NCBI GenBank assembly: GCA_030704615.1
Contig: CM060733.1
Span: 50,778,001-50,842,000, forward strand
DNA from: Takakia lepidozioides
Taxonomy: Eukaryota; Plantae; Bryophyta
Length of the DNA stretch: 64,000 bases
Direction of reading: 5' to 3'
This document shows positions 21,800 through 33,922 of the stretch, piece after piece. The notes below the pieces were generated by a model that ran no database searches, had not been told where the DNA came from, and was given only the letters and a program-made list of their open reading frames with translations. Position numbers and translations under genes: made by a program. Positions within the stretch are counted from its first letter, which is position 1, and the number at the start of each line of letters is the position of its first letter.

Positions 21800-24300
21800 A
21801 CACTGGCGCGCCGCGGCTGCACCGACCGCCTCTCACTCCCCCTCTCAATCTCTCTATCTGATCTCTCTCTCCCTCACCCTCCTCCTCTCACTCTTCCTCC
21901 CTCCCCTCCCTCCATCCCTACTTTGTTTTTTTTTTTGCTCTCGAGCTCTCCCGGGCGCAACTACCCCCGCGCGCCGGAGCGTTTTCCGGCGGCGGTGATT
22001 GACACGCCACGGCGTTCAAACCCCGCGCGCCCTCTCTCTCACTCTCCCTCTCGCCCTAATCCCTCTCCCTCACTCTCTCTCTCCTCTTCTATGTCGTTTT
22101 GTTTTTTTTTTTGCTGTTTGAGCGAGCTGGGAGCGCGCCCCGTGACCTGCTGGTGGAGCGCCAGCCAAACGCCAGCGCGCGGGGACCGCCAGCGTGAAGG
22201 AGCTGCCGCGTGAGGGAGCTGCCCTCCTCTCCTCTCTCTCTCTCATTCTCCCTCTTAGCTCTCACTCTCCCTCGCCCTTATCTCTCTCCCTCATTCTCCC
22301 TCGCTCTCTCTCCCCTTCTTCTCCTTTTTTTGTTGTTTGAGCGAGGGAGTGTGCCCACACGACCTGGTGGCGGAGCGCCAGCGTGAAGGAGCTGTTGCGT
22401 GAGGCGCCCAACTGCAGGTAAGCAGCCATGCATTTCTGATCTTCATAGTGAGAGATTTCAGTGAGAGTTTGGGTTCCACGAGTAGACAGTGGAATCCCCA
22501 CGGATCTCATAGTATATAGGACAATAGAATAAGTTTCTTTAGTTTCAATTTCATGGAGAGAGAGGGAGAGAGAGAGAAAGAGAGGAGAGATTTCCCTTTT
22601 TTGGGGACCAGCACAAAGAAGAAGGAGAGAGAGGGAGAACGAGGGAGAGAGAGGGACAGGGACAGATGGGAGAGAGGGAGGGAGAGGGATAGAGGTGGCC
22701 AAGAAAATAAAAAAAGAAGTAGGGTGGGGGGGTGACTGAGCAGCAGCAGCTCAGCCCCTCTCTGGTTTTTTTTTCTTTTGTGAGCAACTGAGGACAGGGA
22801 CAAATGGAGGAGAGAGACGAAGAAATGAGGAAAAATAAAAAATAAAAAATGGGGGGGGGGGGGGGGGTGACTGAGCAGCTGCTGCTCAGATGCTGGTGCT
22901 GCTCAGTCACTCCCCCCCACCTTTTTTTTTAGTTTTTTTTTCCCTCCTCACTCCCTCTTTCTCCCTCTCTCCCTCTCTCTCCACATCTTCATGGGACAGA
23001 GGGAGAGATGAGGGAAAGAAAAAAAAAAAGAAAAAAAGTGGGGGTGACTGAGCAGCAGCAGCTGCTGCTCAGTCACTCCCCCCCCTCCACCTGTTTTTTT
23101 TTGTTTTTTCCGTCATCACTCCTTCTCTCCCTCTCTCTCTACATCTTGATGGGATAGAGGGAGAGATGCGGGAAAAAAAGAGAGAGAGAGGGAGAGATGA
23201 GGGAAAGAAAAAAAAAAAAAAAAAGTGGGGTGACTGAGCAGCAGCAGCTTTCAGTCACTCCCCCCCCTCCACCTGTTTTTTTTTTTTTTTCCGTCATCAC
23301 TCCTTCTCTCCCTCTCTCTCCCACATCCTGATGGGATAGAGGGAGAGATGCGGGAAAAGAGGGAGCTGCTCAGTCACTCCCCCCCCCCCCCCCCACCTTT
23401 TTTTTTTTTTCCCCTCAACAGTCCCTCTCTCTCCACATCTTCATAGGACAGAGGGAGAGATGAGGGAAAGGGGAGAGAGGGACAGAGGGAGATGAAAAGA
23501 AGAAGAAGATGAAAACCAAAAAAAAGATGGTGGGGGGGGTGACACAGCGAGAGAGGGAGAGATGAGGGAAAATTAAAAAAAAAAAAATAAATGGGGTAGG
23601 GGGGGAGTGACTGAGCAGCTGCTCCCTCTCTCTCCCTCTCTCCCTCTCTCTCCACATCGTGATGGGACAGAGGGAGACAGAGGGAGAGAGGCAGCGAGGG
23701 AGAGAGAGGGACTGTTGAGGGGGGGGGGGGCTGCTCCAGTCACTTCCCCACCCCCCCACCGTTTTTTTTTTTTTTTCCTCTTCAGCAGTCCCTCTATCTC
23801 CACATCCTGATGGGACAAAGACAGGGAGAGAGGAGGGAGAAGAGAGAGTGGGATGAGGGAAAAAAGAAAGAGAGTGGGAGAGATGAGGGAAGAAAAATAA
23901 AAAAGAAGGTTGGAGGGGGTGACTCAGCAGCTGCTGCTGCTCAGTCACTTCCCCCCCCCACCTTTTCGTTTTTTGTTTGTGGAATGGTGGGGGGTGCTAA
24001 AAGCAGCTTGCTGCTGGTGGTCTTAGCCCCCCCCCCCCCGACCTTTCATTTTTTGGTTTTGGCAATGGTGGGGGGCGCTGAGAGTTGCAGCAACAAGTAC
24101 TTGTTGCTGCTGCTCTCAGTCCCCCCCATTTTTTTTTTTCTTTTTGGAATGGTGGGAGGCTGACAAGTGCTGGTGCTCTCAGCACCCACCCCCCCCCCCC
24201 CCCCCTCTTTTCGTTTTTTGCTCATCAGCAGAGAGAGAAATGGGAGACAAAGATATAGAGACATAAAGATAGAGGGAGAGGAAGAGGGGAAGGGGGAGGG
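21800..24300. repeat. Purine/pyrimidine-rich low-complexity spacer with repeated palindromic units G(n)TGACTGAGCAGC..GCTGCTCAGTCACTC(n)
   Basis: Full or partial units at about 22730, 22860-22918, 23040-23085, 23226-23266, 23363-23393, 23600 and 23915-23958, interleaved with CCACATC(T/C)T(C/G)ATGGGA(C/T)AGAGGGAGAGATG blocks. Confidence 0.85.
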
Positions 24301-24373
24301 TCAGGCCTTGTTGGTTTTTGGCATGTGAAATCACACGGTAGTAGTGTTGTGGGCGCAGGGATAAGCTGGTAGT

Positions 24374-26560
24374 ATGGCGAACGACAAGGAGAAGGCGCCG
24401 CCGAAGGAGCAGAAATCGCCTGCCGCTAAGGTAGGGAAGCCTGACAACGCTCCCGTCATTGATGGCCATGTGACACGGTCCACTTGGTCCAAAGTCACCA
24501 GCCCTATAGGCGGCTATGTGAGAGGACCAAGCCGTAAGGCCGTCGAGGCTGGGGATGAGCCTCCACTTGAGGGTGGTGCACCCAATGTTCAGGCTGGGAC
24601 GCCACCCCACGGCTGATGGAGGGCCCTGACTTTTACGCGGGCAAACGCATTCTCAGATCTGCCGCCAGGTATGGGCAACTTGATCTTAGCCCCACCGCCA
24701 ATGCCTTTTCCCCTTCTTCTGCAGCCAAGAGGGCTTATAAGGGGGGGGCTCAGAAGGAGGTGGGTTCCTCCTCACCTTGGGAGAAGAGGGCGGCTTCAAA
24801 GGAGGCCGCAATGAGGTGGAAGGAGGAGGAAAGGAAGAGGGAGGAAGACAAGAAGAGGGATCAAGAGGGAAATAAGGGGGCACGGGAAAGGGAGGGGGAA
24901 GAGGAGAGGGTGACATTGGCTATGGAGGGCCCCTTGCGAAGTCCGTCGCCTGAACGGTCAATGAAGAAGACCCTGGACTTTGGGGCGCCGCCTGCGAGCC
25001 TATTGGGTGCATGGGATAGGCTTCCACCCTTATTCCGAGAGGGCGTTATGGGGGGTGCACCACAAGCGGGGACCGAGGGCAACATTGAGGTCATGGACGT
25101 AAAGGTGAGCCTCTTTCCTTCACCTTTTTTTCTTTCCTTTGCCTTTCATTTTGTTTCTGGTTTGTTTCTAATTTTGTGGGTTTTGTGTTCAGGAGCTTGG
25201 CGCATTCGTGGCTAAGCTTGTGGCAAGCAGTGGGATTGCCACCGACAAAGCAGGGATAGTGGTAGTGCCTACCCGTGGGGACGGTAAGAGGAAGAGGAAA
25301 AGACGTCGTGTCCTCGAGGTTCCCCTAATCATCAAGGATGGTAGGGAAGTAGTGGAGGGGAAGGGGAAAGGATAGGCCCAGGAGAGGGAGCGTAAGAGAA
25401 AGAGGCGTAGAAGGAGAGAGGTGCAGCCGGGGGAGGGCACTAGTGGGGGAACAAAAAGACAAGGGGGAGCTAGTTCAGATGAGCGTGCAGCCGGTGGAGG
25501 GCATTAGCGGGGCAACAAAAGACAAGGAGAGGTAGTTCAGAAGAGCGTGGACGAGGTAAAGACCTCGGTCCCCGCAACCTTGATTTGCCAAAGATGAAGG
25601 TGCCCCCCTTAGAGACCAATAAGGTCGGTGACCCCATTGGTGAGTATTGGGAGGCCATGAAAAAAGTAGCCTTCGACTTGGCGGCGAGGTGGTTCCCTTG
25701 GCATATTGATTGGCCACGCCAATCACATCGCCATAGGCGAGCATTCGTGCAAGTACTTGAGGGCACATTTCCGGGTGAGTGGAATGAGGGGAAGCTCTTG
25801 GAGCTGGTGGGAAAGAACCTCAAGGACAAGAGGTACCGTGCGCGACAAACCTTTCGCAAGGCACTCAAGGCGGGGGTCGAACCAACGACCATGCCACATG
25901 GAATAACCAAGGTAAGACGCACTTCACTTGTCATTGGTGTCTTTGAATGCATGTTCATTGCGGTATGGAGTTCATTAACATTTATAGTGTCTTTGTTGGG
26001 GTTGGACAGGAATCTTGGGAGGCTCTCATCGCAGGGGAGAGGGAAGAGCTGAAGGCGGAGATCTTCGCAAGGGGACGTGCGGCAACTACAGCCTGCCTCG
26101 AGAAGTGTGCGGAATCAACACACAAGTGGGGCCCCGGCGGAAGCAAGAGTTTTGTCACCCGATTCGTAAGTGTTCTTTCTCTTGTCATACCCATTCTTCT
26201 TTTTTAGCTTCTTCCTTCCATTATGAATTCTGACCTGTCATTGCATTTGTATGTCATGTGCAGAAAAAGAAGTTTGAGAAGCCTCCCTCCGCCATCAAGC
26301 ACAACTTTTGCAAGACTCAGGGGTTGAAGGCCCTTGTAGCCTCAATGGCCAAGACGCCACAATTGACGGAGGATAGTGCATCTGTAGGGGTGGGGATGGG
26401 TAGTTCAGTGGCTCGGCCGGATGGGGGAGAGCCAGTAGTAGGGGTGGTTCGAAGGATGATGTAATCTCGAACTCGGCCTCATCATCCTCCAAATTAGAGG
26501 CCTAGCGTAGCTTGCATTCCTCGGACGAGTACACCTATGACTCAGGTGATGAGGAGTGAG
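24374..26560 (+). pseudogene. Second CACTA-associated gene (TnpA/Ptta-like), intron-containing, probably disrupted
   Basis: Low-complexity charged N-terminal ORFs, then IGEYWEAMKKVAFDLAARWFPWHIDWPRQ..VGKNLKDKRYRAR..MPHGITK/ESWEALI, a layout resembling En/Spm TnpA-type ORFs. Donor-like AAG/GTGAGC at about 25105 and AAG/GTAAGA at about 25912. Confidence 0.5.
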
Positions 26561-27523
26561 GGATGGTTCCCAGTTAGAGACATGTAAAGGTAGTACTCGC
26601 TTTATGTATATATTTCTTCAGTTACCATTTTGATCCTCATTCTAACCTTAATGAACATGTGTATTCTAATCTAACCTATAGATTAGAATGCATGTATTTC
26701 ATGCAAGCACGAGGCACACCCCAACCCCCAAGAACCCCCCCAAAAAAAACGAAAAAAAAACCCAAAACCCCACCCCAAATACTAGCTGGCTACCCTCCCA
26801 CCCAGCGACGCCAAAAAAAAAAACCTCCCCAACGACGCACTCACCCTTGCACCAATTTTGAATTAAATCGAATTTAAATGAATTTGAAATAAATATTTGC
26901 ATTTAAAAAATATATGATTGCGGTTTTGAGGGGCGTAATGATTTTATTTTTAGCTCTATTTTGTTATGTGACATCGGACTTTGCACCACTACATCCATGC
27001 CATAAATGGGACAAAAAAAAAATGGAAAAAAAATAAGTGTGTTTCTAGGGTTACTTTTGCAGAACTCTTTATGAAAGAGTGCATGACTCAACTTTGGAGT
27101 GCAAATGAGAGAACAAAATCTGGTTATGGGTCCAAATGACTTTTGTTTACTCCCAAATTTTGCACGCACATTGCATATGCTATCATTAAGCATAGGGCTT
27201 GAAAATGGAATAAAAAAAAAATCATCTGTAGGCGAAACACAATTTTCCATCTCTATGACACGTAGCTGCGTTCAACACTAGGATGACCCATTGAATCAAC
27301 TTGGTTCAATCATATTTGGTCCACATGTGCATAAGTATGTTTAGATCACATATGCAAAGTTGCAATCCACACGAGCAACGAGATTTTTTTTTACATCAAT
27401 CGATTAATCGGATGTATACAAAGTAAATCATGAGAATATCTACAATGCCCCTCTACGCGATCCCTGTCTCAAAGGAACCCTATTTCTATCATACACATCC
27501 CACTCATGCTGTAATCGGAGGTC

Positions 27524-28606
27524 TCAATCATCCCGGGAGAACTCGTATGATGCAAATAGTTCGCTGCTAGCCCTAATAGTCATACTAGCACATGTCATCA
27601 CAAACATGTGTATCCCCTCACAATATACTGACGTATGACCACAAAAGCTCTCATGCCCATCGCTTCGCTCATCCCATACTACATTGGTTCTCCTAGGATG
27701 ACCAAAAGATGACCAACCCAGCAACATTCGAAGATGTCGGGGTCACCATCACAAAATCTGATCTCAATGGGAGACAACCCCCGTCTACGTACATCCTGTC
27801 CGTTGACACACAAAATGTAGGGTAGGATGTATGGGGCTTCGAGGCGTAATGTACGGAACTCCGCGGAGGTGTAGTATGGACCGTAATAGGGAAATAAATC
27901 CACCATGCTGTTTCTCTGAGGAGGAACCACAATATCATTGACCGTCAATAAACCCCGACCCATAGCAGGATCTGTAGCGGCTCTCACAACATACCGTCTC
28001 CCCCAATACTCGAACTCCACATTTTCTCGGATGGGGGTGGGAGGGTCGAGATGATTCCCCAACAACGAGGCTGGACGGTCCTCAATAACATAGTCCTATG
28101 CGCTTCCCATCGGGGGCGAGGATCCGGCTCAGGCCGCCCAAGCCGAAGGGGAAGAAATCTAGGGCGAAGCCGACCCCTTCTAGGGGTTTGGGGGGTACAT
28201 GCACGTAGAGGTGGAGGTGGAGGTGGAGGTGGTACTGCTGGCGGAGGAGATGAAAGTGGAGGTGGTTGAGGATGTAATGTCGGAGGTGCAGCCGGGGGTA
28301 CAACGTCCGGATCAGGTGCTACCGGAGGTGGATCAGGCAAAGAAACAGAGGGGGGGGGGGGAGGCCACAATCAGGGGGACCGCCTGAGGAAACTGGAGGG
28401 GGGGGGGGGGGGGGGGGGCTGCTTGTTTGGCCATAAACGCCTACGACACCTGCTGGGGGAACCAACTGGTCACATTGCACATGCTCTGGCACAAATTCTG
28501 CAAGTAGACCGGCGCGAAATGCCTCATGTGCAATGTGATTGCGAGCTTGGGCATCAAGTCGTGGCTGCAATGTGCGTAGTGAACGACGCATCAATACTTC
28601 CCCCAA
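27524..28606 (-). pseudogene. SET-domain cargo gene, copy 2 (frameshifted)
   Basis: PRLDAQARNHIAHEAFRAGLL, a poly-Pro linker, YWGRRYVVRAATDPAMGRGLLTVNDI..DLFPYYGP..CDGDPDIF, NVAGLV, TNVVWDE..FVMTCASMTIRASSELFASY. Colinear with copy 1. Confidence 0.75.
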
Positions 28607-28749
28607 CCATGCCCATTTTGTTGTCTGATTTACTTCAGGAAGGGAGTTGGATGGGATAATTGTTTGATTTGATTTGCCTTGCCTTGGGAACTTTCAATCC
28701 CACCTCTGTAGGTTTGTAAACAAGCAGCTAGTCGCGTATGGATCTGGCC

Positions 28750-29120
28750 TGTGTCACCCCAGCTGTTGTGGCTAGTGTCACCCTGATCTGTCACCCCAGC
28801 TCATGTGGTTTCCTTCACCTGAGCTGTGCTCTCTGTCACCTTGTCTATTGTAACTTCCTCTTATATATATATATATATATATATATTTCTGTTGTTGTAT
28901 GTTCTGTACTTAATAAGTCAAGGTTGGACTTAAGTCAAATTTTGTGATCCACCAAGTGGGAGTGACACCATGTCACCAAGTGTCACTCCACCCCATTGTG
29001 TGTCACCCCAATCTGTGTCACTCTCAAGAGGGAAGATTTGACATGCGAAAAAACCGTGTACCGTTTTGTGAGCTAAGTTAGTGTTCTTCGGGTTCATCGG
29101 TGAGAGGGTTGCGGTGACGT
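28750..29120. repeat. Cluster of about 10 TGTCAC(C/T)/GTGAC motifs around a (TA)n microsatellite
   Basis: Motifs at about 28752, 28776, 28789, 28834, 28962, 28971, 28981, 29001, 29016 and 29114; (TA)n at 28862-28886. Confidence 0.7.
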
Positions 29121-29566
29121 TGCCTCCACAAGCTTTTCTTCTCAATTCATTCGCGACCTTGCTTCCTCTTCACTTCTGTTGTTCCTTGATGCCGTTTATG
29201 GTTGGGAAGAAGGTTCCTCTCTCTTTCTTGTTTTGATTTTTTAGGGAAGTTCTCTCTGTTGTTTATTTGGGTCCAGGGGGAAATTTGACCTGCTGGTGCA
29301 AGTGAGAGACTTTCTCTACCCTTCCCCCGCGTCTCTTCTCCTTTCGTGGAAGCAAGTGGAAGATTTCTGCTTAGATCTCTATCACACATTCTGACACCCA
29401 TTCTGTCTAGATCTCTATCACCCATTGTCGTTCTGTGACCTCGATATATTTGTTACATTAGCAGAGATCTGAGCTTGTCTCTCCTATGTTTGAAGCCATT
29501 CTCTAGTCGTCCACTTGTTTCTGGATTGTTTTTGTGGGTGTGTGAGAGAGAGAGAGAGAGGAGAGG

Positions 29567-30178
29567 ATGGGGAATTATGGCGAACCACCCGAGTATTTGA
29601 AAACACAAGAGCCAGTGATAGGGCAGCCAGCGTTCTATCAACATGTACCATATGGGCAGCCAGGTGCAAACAATGGCGGTCCCCAAGGGTATCCCTCATA
29701 CGCAGCACATCAAGAGGGTTATCTCTCAGGGATGCAGGCACCGCCGTTGTATGCGCAGATTCCTTCTCAGCAAACGGCAGAGTGGAGTACGCGTCTTTGC
29801 TCTTGCTGCAGTGATTGCGAAGTCTGTTGTCTCACATGCTGGTGCCCCTGCATCGCATTTGGTCGATTGAGCGAGGTTGTGGACGAAGGCGCGACTTCAT
29901 GTTCCTTGAATGGGGCTATATATTTGCTGCTTCTTTGGGCGGGGATTCCGTGTGTGTATTCGTTTCTCTGGCGGACAAAGCTGCGGGTGAAGTACGGATT
30001 GCGGGGGGGGAGTCTGGGTGATCTTCTCCGGCATGTCTGCTGTGAGCCGTGCTCCCTATGCCAGGAGTTTCGCGAGCTGAAGAACCGAGGTCTTGATCCC
30101 TCCGTAGGCTGGGAGACTCTTAGCAGAAACTTTGCGCGACCCATGGCCGTGCCTACTGCTCCAGTGATGATGAGATGA
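29567..30178 (+). CDS. PLAC8-family protein (cell number regulator / plant cadmium resistance-like), intronless
   Basis: WSTRLCSCCSDCEVCCLTCWCPCIAFGRLSEVVDEGATSC..RTKLRVKYGL..HVCCEPCSLCQEFRELKNRG. Confidence 0.95.
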   Translation: MGNYGEPPEYLKTQEPVIGQPAFYQHVPYGQPGANNGGPQGYPSYAAHQEGYLSGMQAPPLYAQIPSQQTAEWSTRLCSCCSDCEVCCLTCWCPCIAFGRLSEVVDEGATSCSLNGAIYLLLLWAGIPCVYSFLWRTKLRVKYGLRGGSLGDLLRHVCCEPCSLCQEFRELKNRGLDPSVGWETLSRNFARPMAVPTAPVMMR

Positions 30179-33100
30179 AGGAACAAAACCTCACCTCTAA
30201 ACGGTGCTTTCATGTCGACAGGGAGTGCAGATGTGGAAGGATCAAACTCCGTCTATCAGTGCCTTCAGCGACTGGTTCTCCTCTATGTGCTGTTAGAAGC
30301 TACCAAAGGGGAAGAAAGGATCTGGGTAATAGGAACTGTATGATGTAAACCAAAGGTACTGACTTCATATTTGCAGTCCGGTGAGCTCTACATACTGTCC
30401 AACTTCTAAGGAACAGAAATGTGTTCAGGAACTGACCAGGGCATAAGTTGAATTCAGAGCTGGAGTGACACACGTCTATCAACAATAGGCTGTTTCCAAA
30501 GTAGCATCTCTTGCACACCCCAAATATAACCAGTATTTATTTGAATTGCCTTAGGCTGTTGGTGGAATTACCAGGATCCTAGCCTGTAGCAAGCTGCTGC
30601 CTCCCACTTTGCAAACTACTTTGTAAATTGGATCAGTGTCAACCACATTGCCGAAGTGTAAAGACAGAGGGTGATGTGGCAGGCTCTAAAAGTACTGAAC
30701 TATTTATATGATTGAAGGCCCTTCAAATGTTCTGCCTTCATCAGATACTTGTCTTGCATAAGATGATCTCTTGGCTTTTCTTCAGATTTGAACATAGCTA
30801 CACGGCATGTATAATTCAAACCTGCGAGAAATGTGTGATGCAGGCTCACAAAATTATAATATACTGTACACATTCCCAGGTGGTTTGCCTCACTGCTTGC
30901 CTGATCCATGCGATCTTGTATCTGCAGTACCTATCCAATACAGACTTTGATTACTTTCCAGCCTATTTGGATCCACATTTAGTGGGCTCTTGCTGTGGGA
31001 GAAAAACATTAGGTGGGCTTCCCTTTCCTGGCAGTGAAGGAGGTTCACCAAGAAGTGGCACATTGGACCAACGGAATTGGGCCATACAAGCCAGTGGTGA
31101 TAAATGAGCTGACAACAGCATAGATAGCTGGCCTGGTATCTGCGAAACTGGAAAAAGGCCCTGTCAACTGTGGTGAGCTTGAACTTGTCTCTGCCCTCCC
31201 TGCATGCACTGGAGTTCTCCCCCTGAAATGGAGATTGCATTTGCACATTTACTCCAGGTATCTGCTCCAAATCTCTCCTTAGTATGTTCAAGATTTCTGA
31301 TGGGTCTCTTCTTGCCTGATTGTGTTTAAGCTGAACAGATTGTCTTTTCACATAGGACGGTGGTAAGCAATTGAGCTGCAGACATAATCCAAGCATGGCG
31401 GTGCCAACATGGGATACTGGGGCTTGCAGCAGGCCACTCACAAGACTATAGGTTGCAGTGTAGCTTCAATTGAACACATCAGTGCACCACAGCAAATTGC
31501 AATGGTGGCACTGGCACTGGCACCGATCATCACCTCAAAGGATAGAAACAGCCTCCAGCAACTGTCTCTAATGCTTATTGTGACAGTCTTCATGTAGGCT
31601 GTGACAGTCTTGCATATTGTGATGTCATGTGCCAGAGAATGCAGAGAACTCAACCAACGAGCTACTTGTATGCCACTCGAACCAGCAATTTCATGTCTAA
31701 TGAACTAGTGATGTCCCAAACTCTAGCTGAAGTATAAGCGCGTCTGAGTAGATTTTCATGGATGACGTAACTGGCTACTGAAGTAGTACAGAAGCTGAGA
31801 TCCCTCTTGCCTCCCACTGTGTCCCGTCCTGCCTTTACTACTTCTGTGCTCAAAATCTGGTTCCTACGATATGTGGTCAAGTGGTGCATCAAAAATTTGG
31901 ATTAGTTGAGTTGCCAAGGACAACAGCCTGCACCTCTGCTCACCCACTTTGAAAATCTCAAGGCTGAGCCTGAAGCACTGGCCCTGTTGGGGTCTAATTG
32001 CTGGGTAGTGCACACACAGCAGATGGATGCTTGTGTCAAGGGCTTTCTAGAGGATATATCTGGAAACCCCGAACTAATTGTTTATACCAATGTTAAGTCA
32101 CACTACCGGAGTGAGTGCCTCACAAATGTAGTGTCTGTCCCCTCTTGTTCTGCCCAAACTGGGCACAGGGTCTACGGCCACAAGGCTACGGCAAACAATG
32201 TCTTCTGAGTACATTCTCATTCACACAGCACAGTGGTCACATCCGGTTCCCGGGAGAGGCTGTAATAGCTGTGCTGGAATGGACATCATATTCCTGATAT
32301 GAGGTCCATACCAGCATGTGCATGAAGCAATGCATTTCCCTGGAACTGGAATATTGTCAGCAGCCACAGCCAGTCCCAGTTGAGTCTCATGTATCCTTGG
32401 CTGAAACCCTCCGACGGTCTCATCACGGGCGTTAGAATCATGGGCAATCTGCCTTCAAGGGATCATCATAGCCAATGTGAACACCTCTCTCTCTCACACA
32501 CACACTCACTCAGATTCATACATTGAGCAGTCATCCACTGCAAAGCAAATGGGGCTAGCATGTCCAGATTTTCTTTCAAAGCTCCAGGTCCAGGTAATCA
32601 CCCAACCAGTCACCCTCGGAACTTGGTAATGGTGCTAGATGCCAAAACCCTGGGTGGAATCCAGAGTCAAAATCAAATTGCTGGGTAACCAAAATTCTGA
32701 ATAGCCAAAACCAACCTATTGGAAATAACTAAGTTTTCAGTGTTACAACTCAAGTCCAAGGAGGGGGAAGAGTACATTGGTGCAAGCTCAGGGGCTTGAG
32801 TCACATTGTATGGCAAACCACGGTAGCTAGATCCTGGCCTCTCCCAGTCTGACAGATCCATGGGTTAGTGCACAGCATATTCATTCATAACATGTGCTGA
32901 CCAAGTAGAGGTCAGTCTCAGCTACTTCTACCACTGAGCTAGTGAGCAGTACTAATCACTAGAAGGCTACTTTGTAGCAAATGAATTATGAATCTCTTTC
33001 TCTTTTCTGAAAGAGGAGTCCATGACTGTAGATCCGACTCCAAATTTGCAGAACCAATGGATAGAAACTAATGAGAGACTGCAATAATACAAAAGGTTTG

Positions 33101-33922
33101 CTCACAATTTCAAAATTACAGAAAGGCAGAGTGTCCACATCTCTTAGCTTCAAAAGGGTTTTTCAGGTTGCTATTCACCATGTCCACCCACAAAAAACTG
33201 AATATCCTCACTGAAGTAGCAAGTCCATCAAACAGATCTGTGATAACAAAATTCCCTCCTGCCCTTTCTACCATAGGCCATGTTCTTGCAACTTCAATTG
33301 ATTCTCAACATGCCTAAAAGGACTACCCAAAAGGACTACAATTTTGTGTGTCCTTGAGGTGTGGTCACTGGAAAGAGAGTCCTTTGTTGTTGACAAGAAT
33401 CACGGCCTCCAATGACAACTACCGGTTTTCCTTTCACTTCCAAATCCTGCATTAGGCATTCCAACTTTAGCTCTGCAAAACTACTTGCATTCGACATAGA
33501 GCCCCTTCCAAGTTGTCTTCACCGATTCACCGAGTTAAGTATGGCTCTCACTACCTGTCCAACAATACAATTCAATGAGAGGAGAGCAAAGCTACAAAGA
33601 GACCTATCTCCCCTTGTCAATACACTATAGGATGCAGAACAAATCTTCCATACACAATCAAGTTAGCTTTGGACATCTGTAAACCACCTCAGATCAATAT
33701 GAAAAGGTAGTGCAACAGTACCAACACCAACACAAAGGGGCCTAAAGTACTTCCATATCTAGAAATTCCACTCCAACAGTTGAGAGAGTGCTTTCGAACA
33801 TAAACGTACCTCTAGATTTCTCTTGCCAAATTTCGAGTTGTGAAGTGAACCAATGAGATATTCGCAACCCCGTATATTCCTTTCGTGTAACCCGAAAAGT
33901 GCATCAACCAATCTCTTCCCCC

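Larger units (their letters stand above)
14076..28620. mobile_element. CACTA/En-Spm transposon complex; left terminus defined, right terminus not found, possibly two nested or adjacent elements
   Basis: Starts CACTACTACG at 14076, abutting interrupted PPR sequence. Contains subterminal TGCGAC/GTCGCA motifs, a Tnp2-type transposase, a TnpA-like ORF and two SET-like cargo genes. Confidence 0.78.

Noticed and set aside
21554-24264. Many short ORFs in the track
   Set aside because: They are translations of microsatellite and homopolymer sequence with no protein motifs.
24338-24349. GTAGTAGTG as the right CACTA terminus matching CACTACTAC at 14076
   Set aside because: Only 9 bp match, the flanks differ (TTC versus TTG), the interrupted PPR sequence does not resume, and transposon-like ORFs continue beyond it.
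30700-33900. Coding-like minus-strand fragments such as LRRDLEQIPGVNV
   Set aside because: No consistent frame, splice model or recognisable family; possibly a pseudogene but not supportable.
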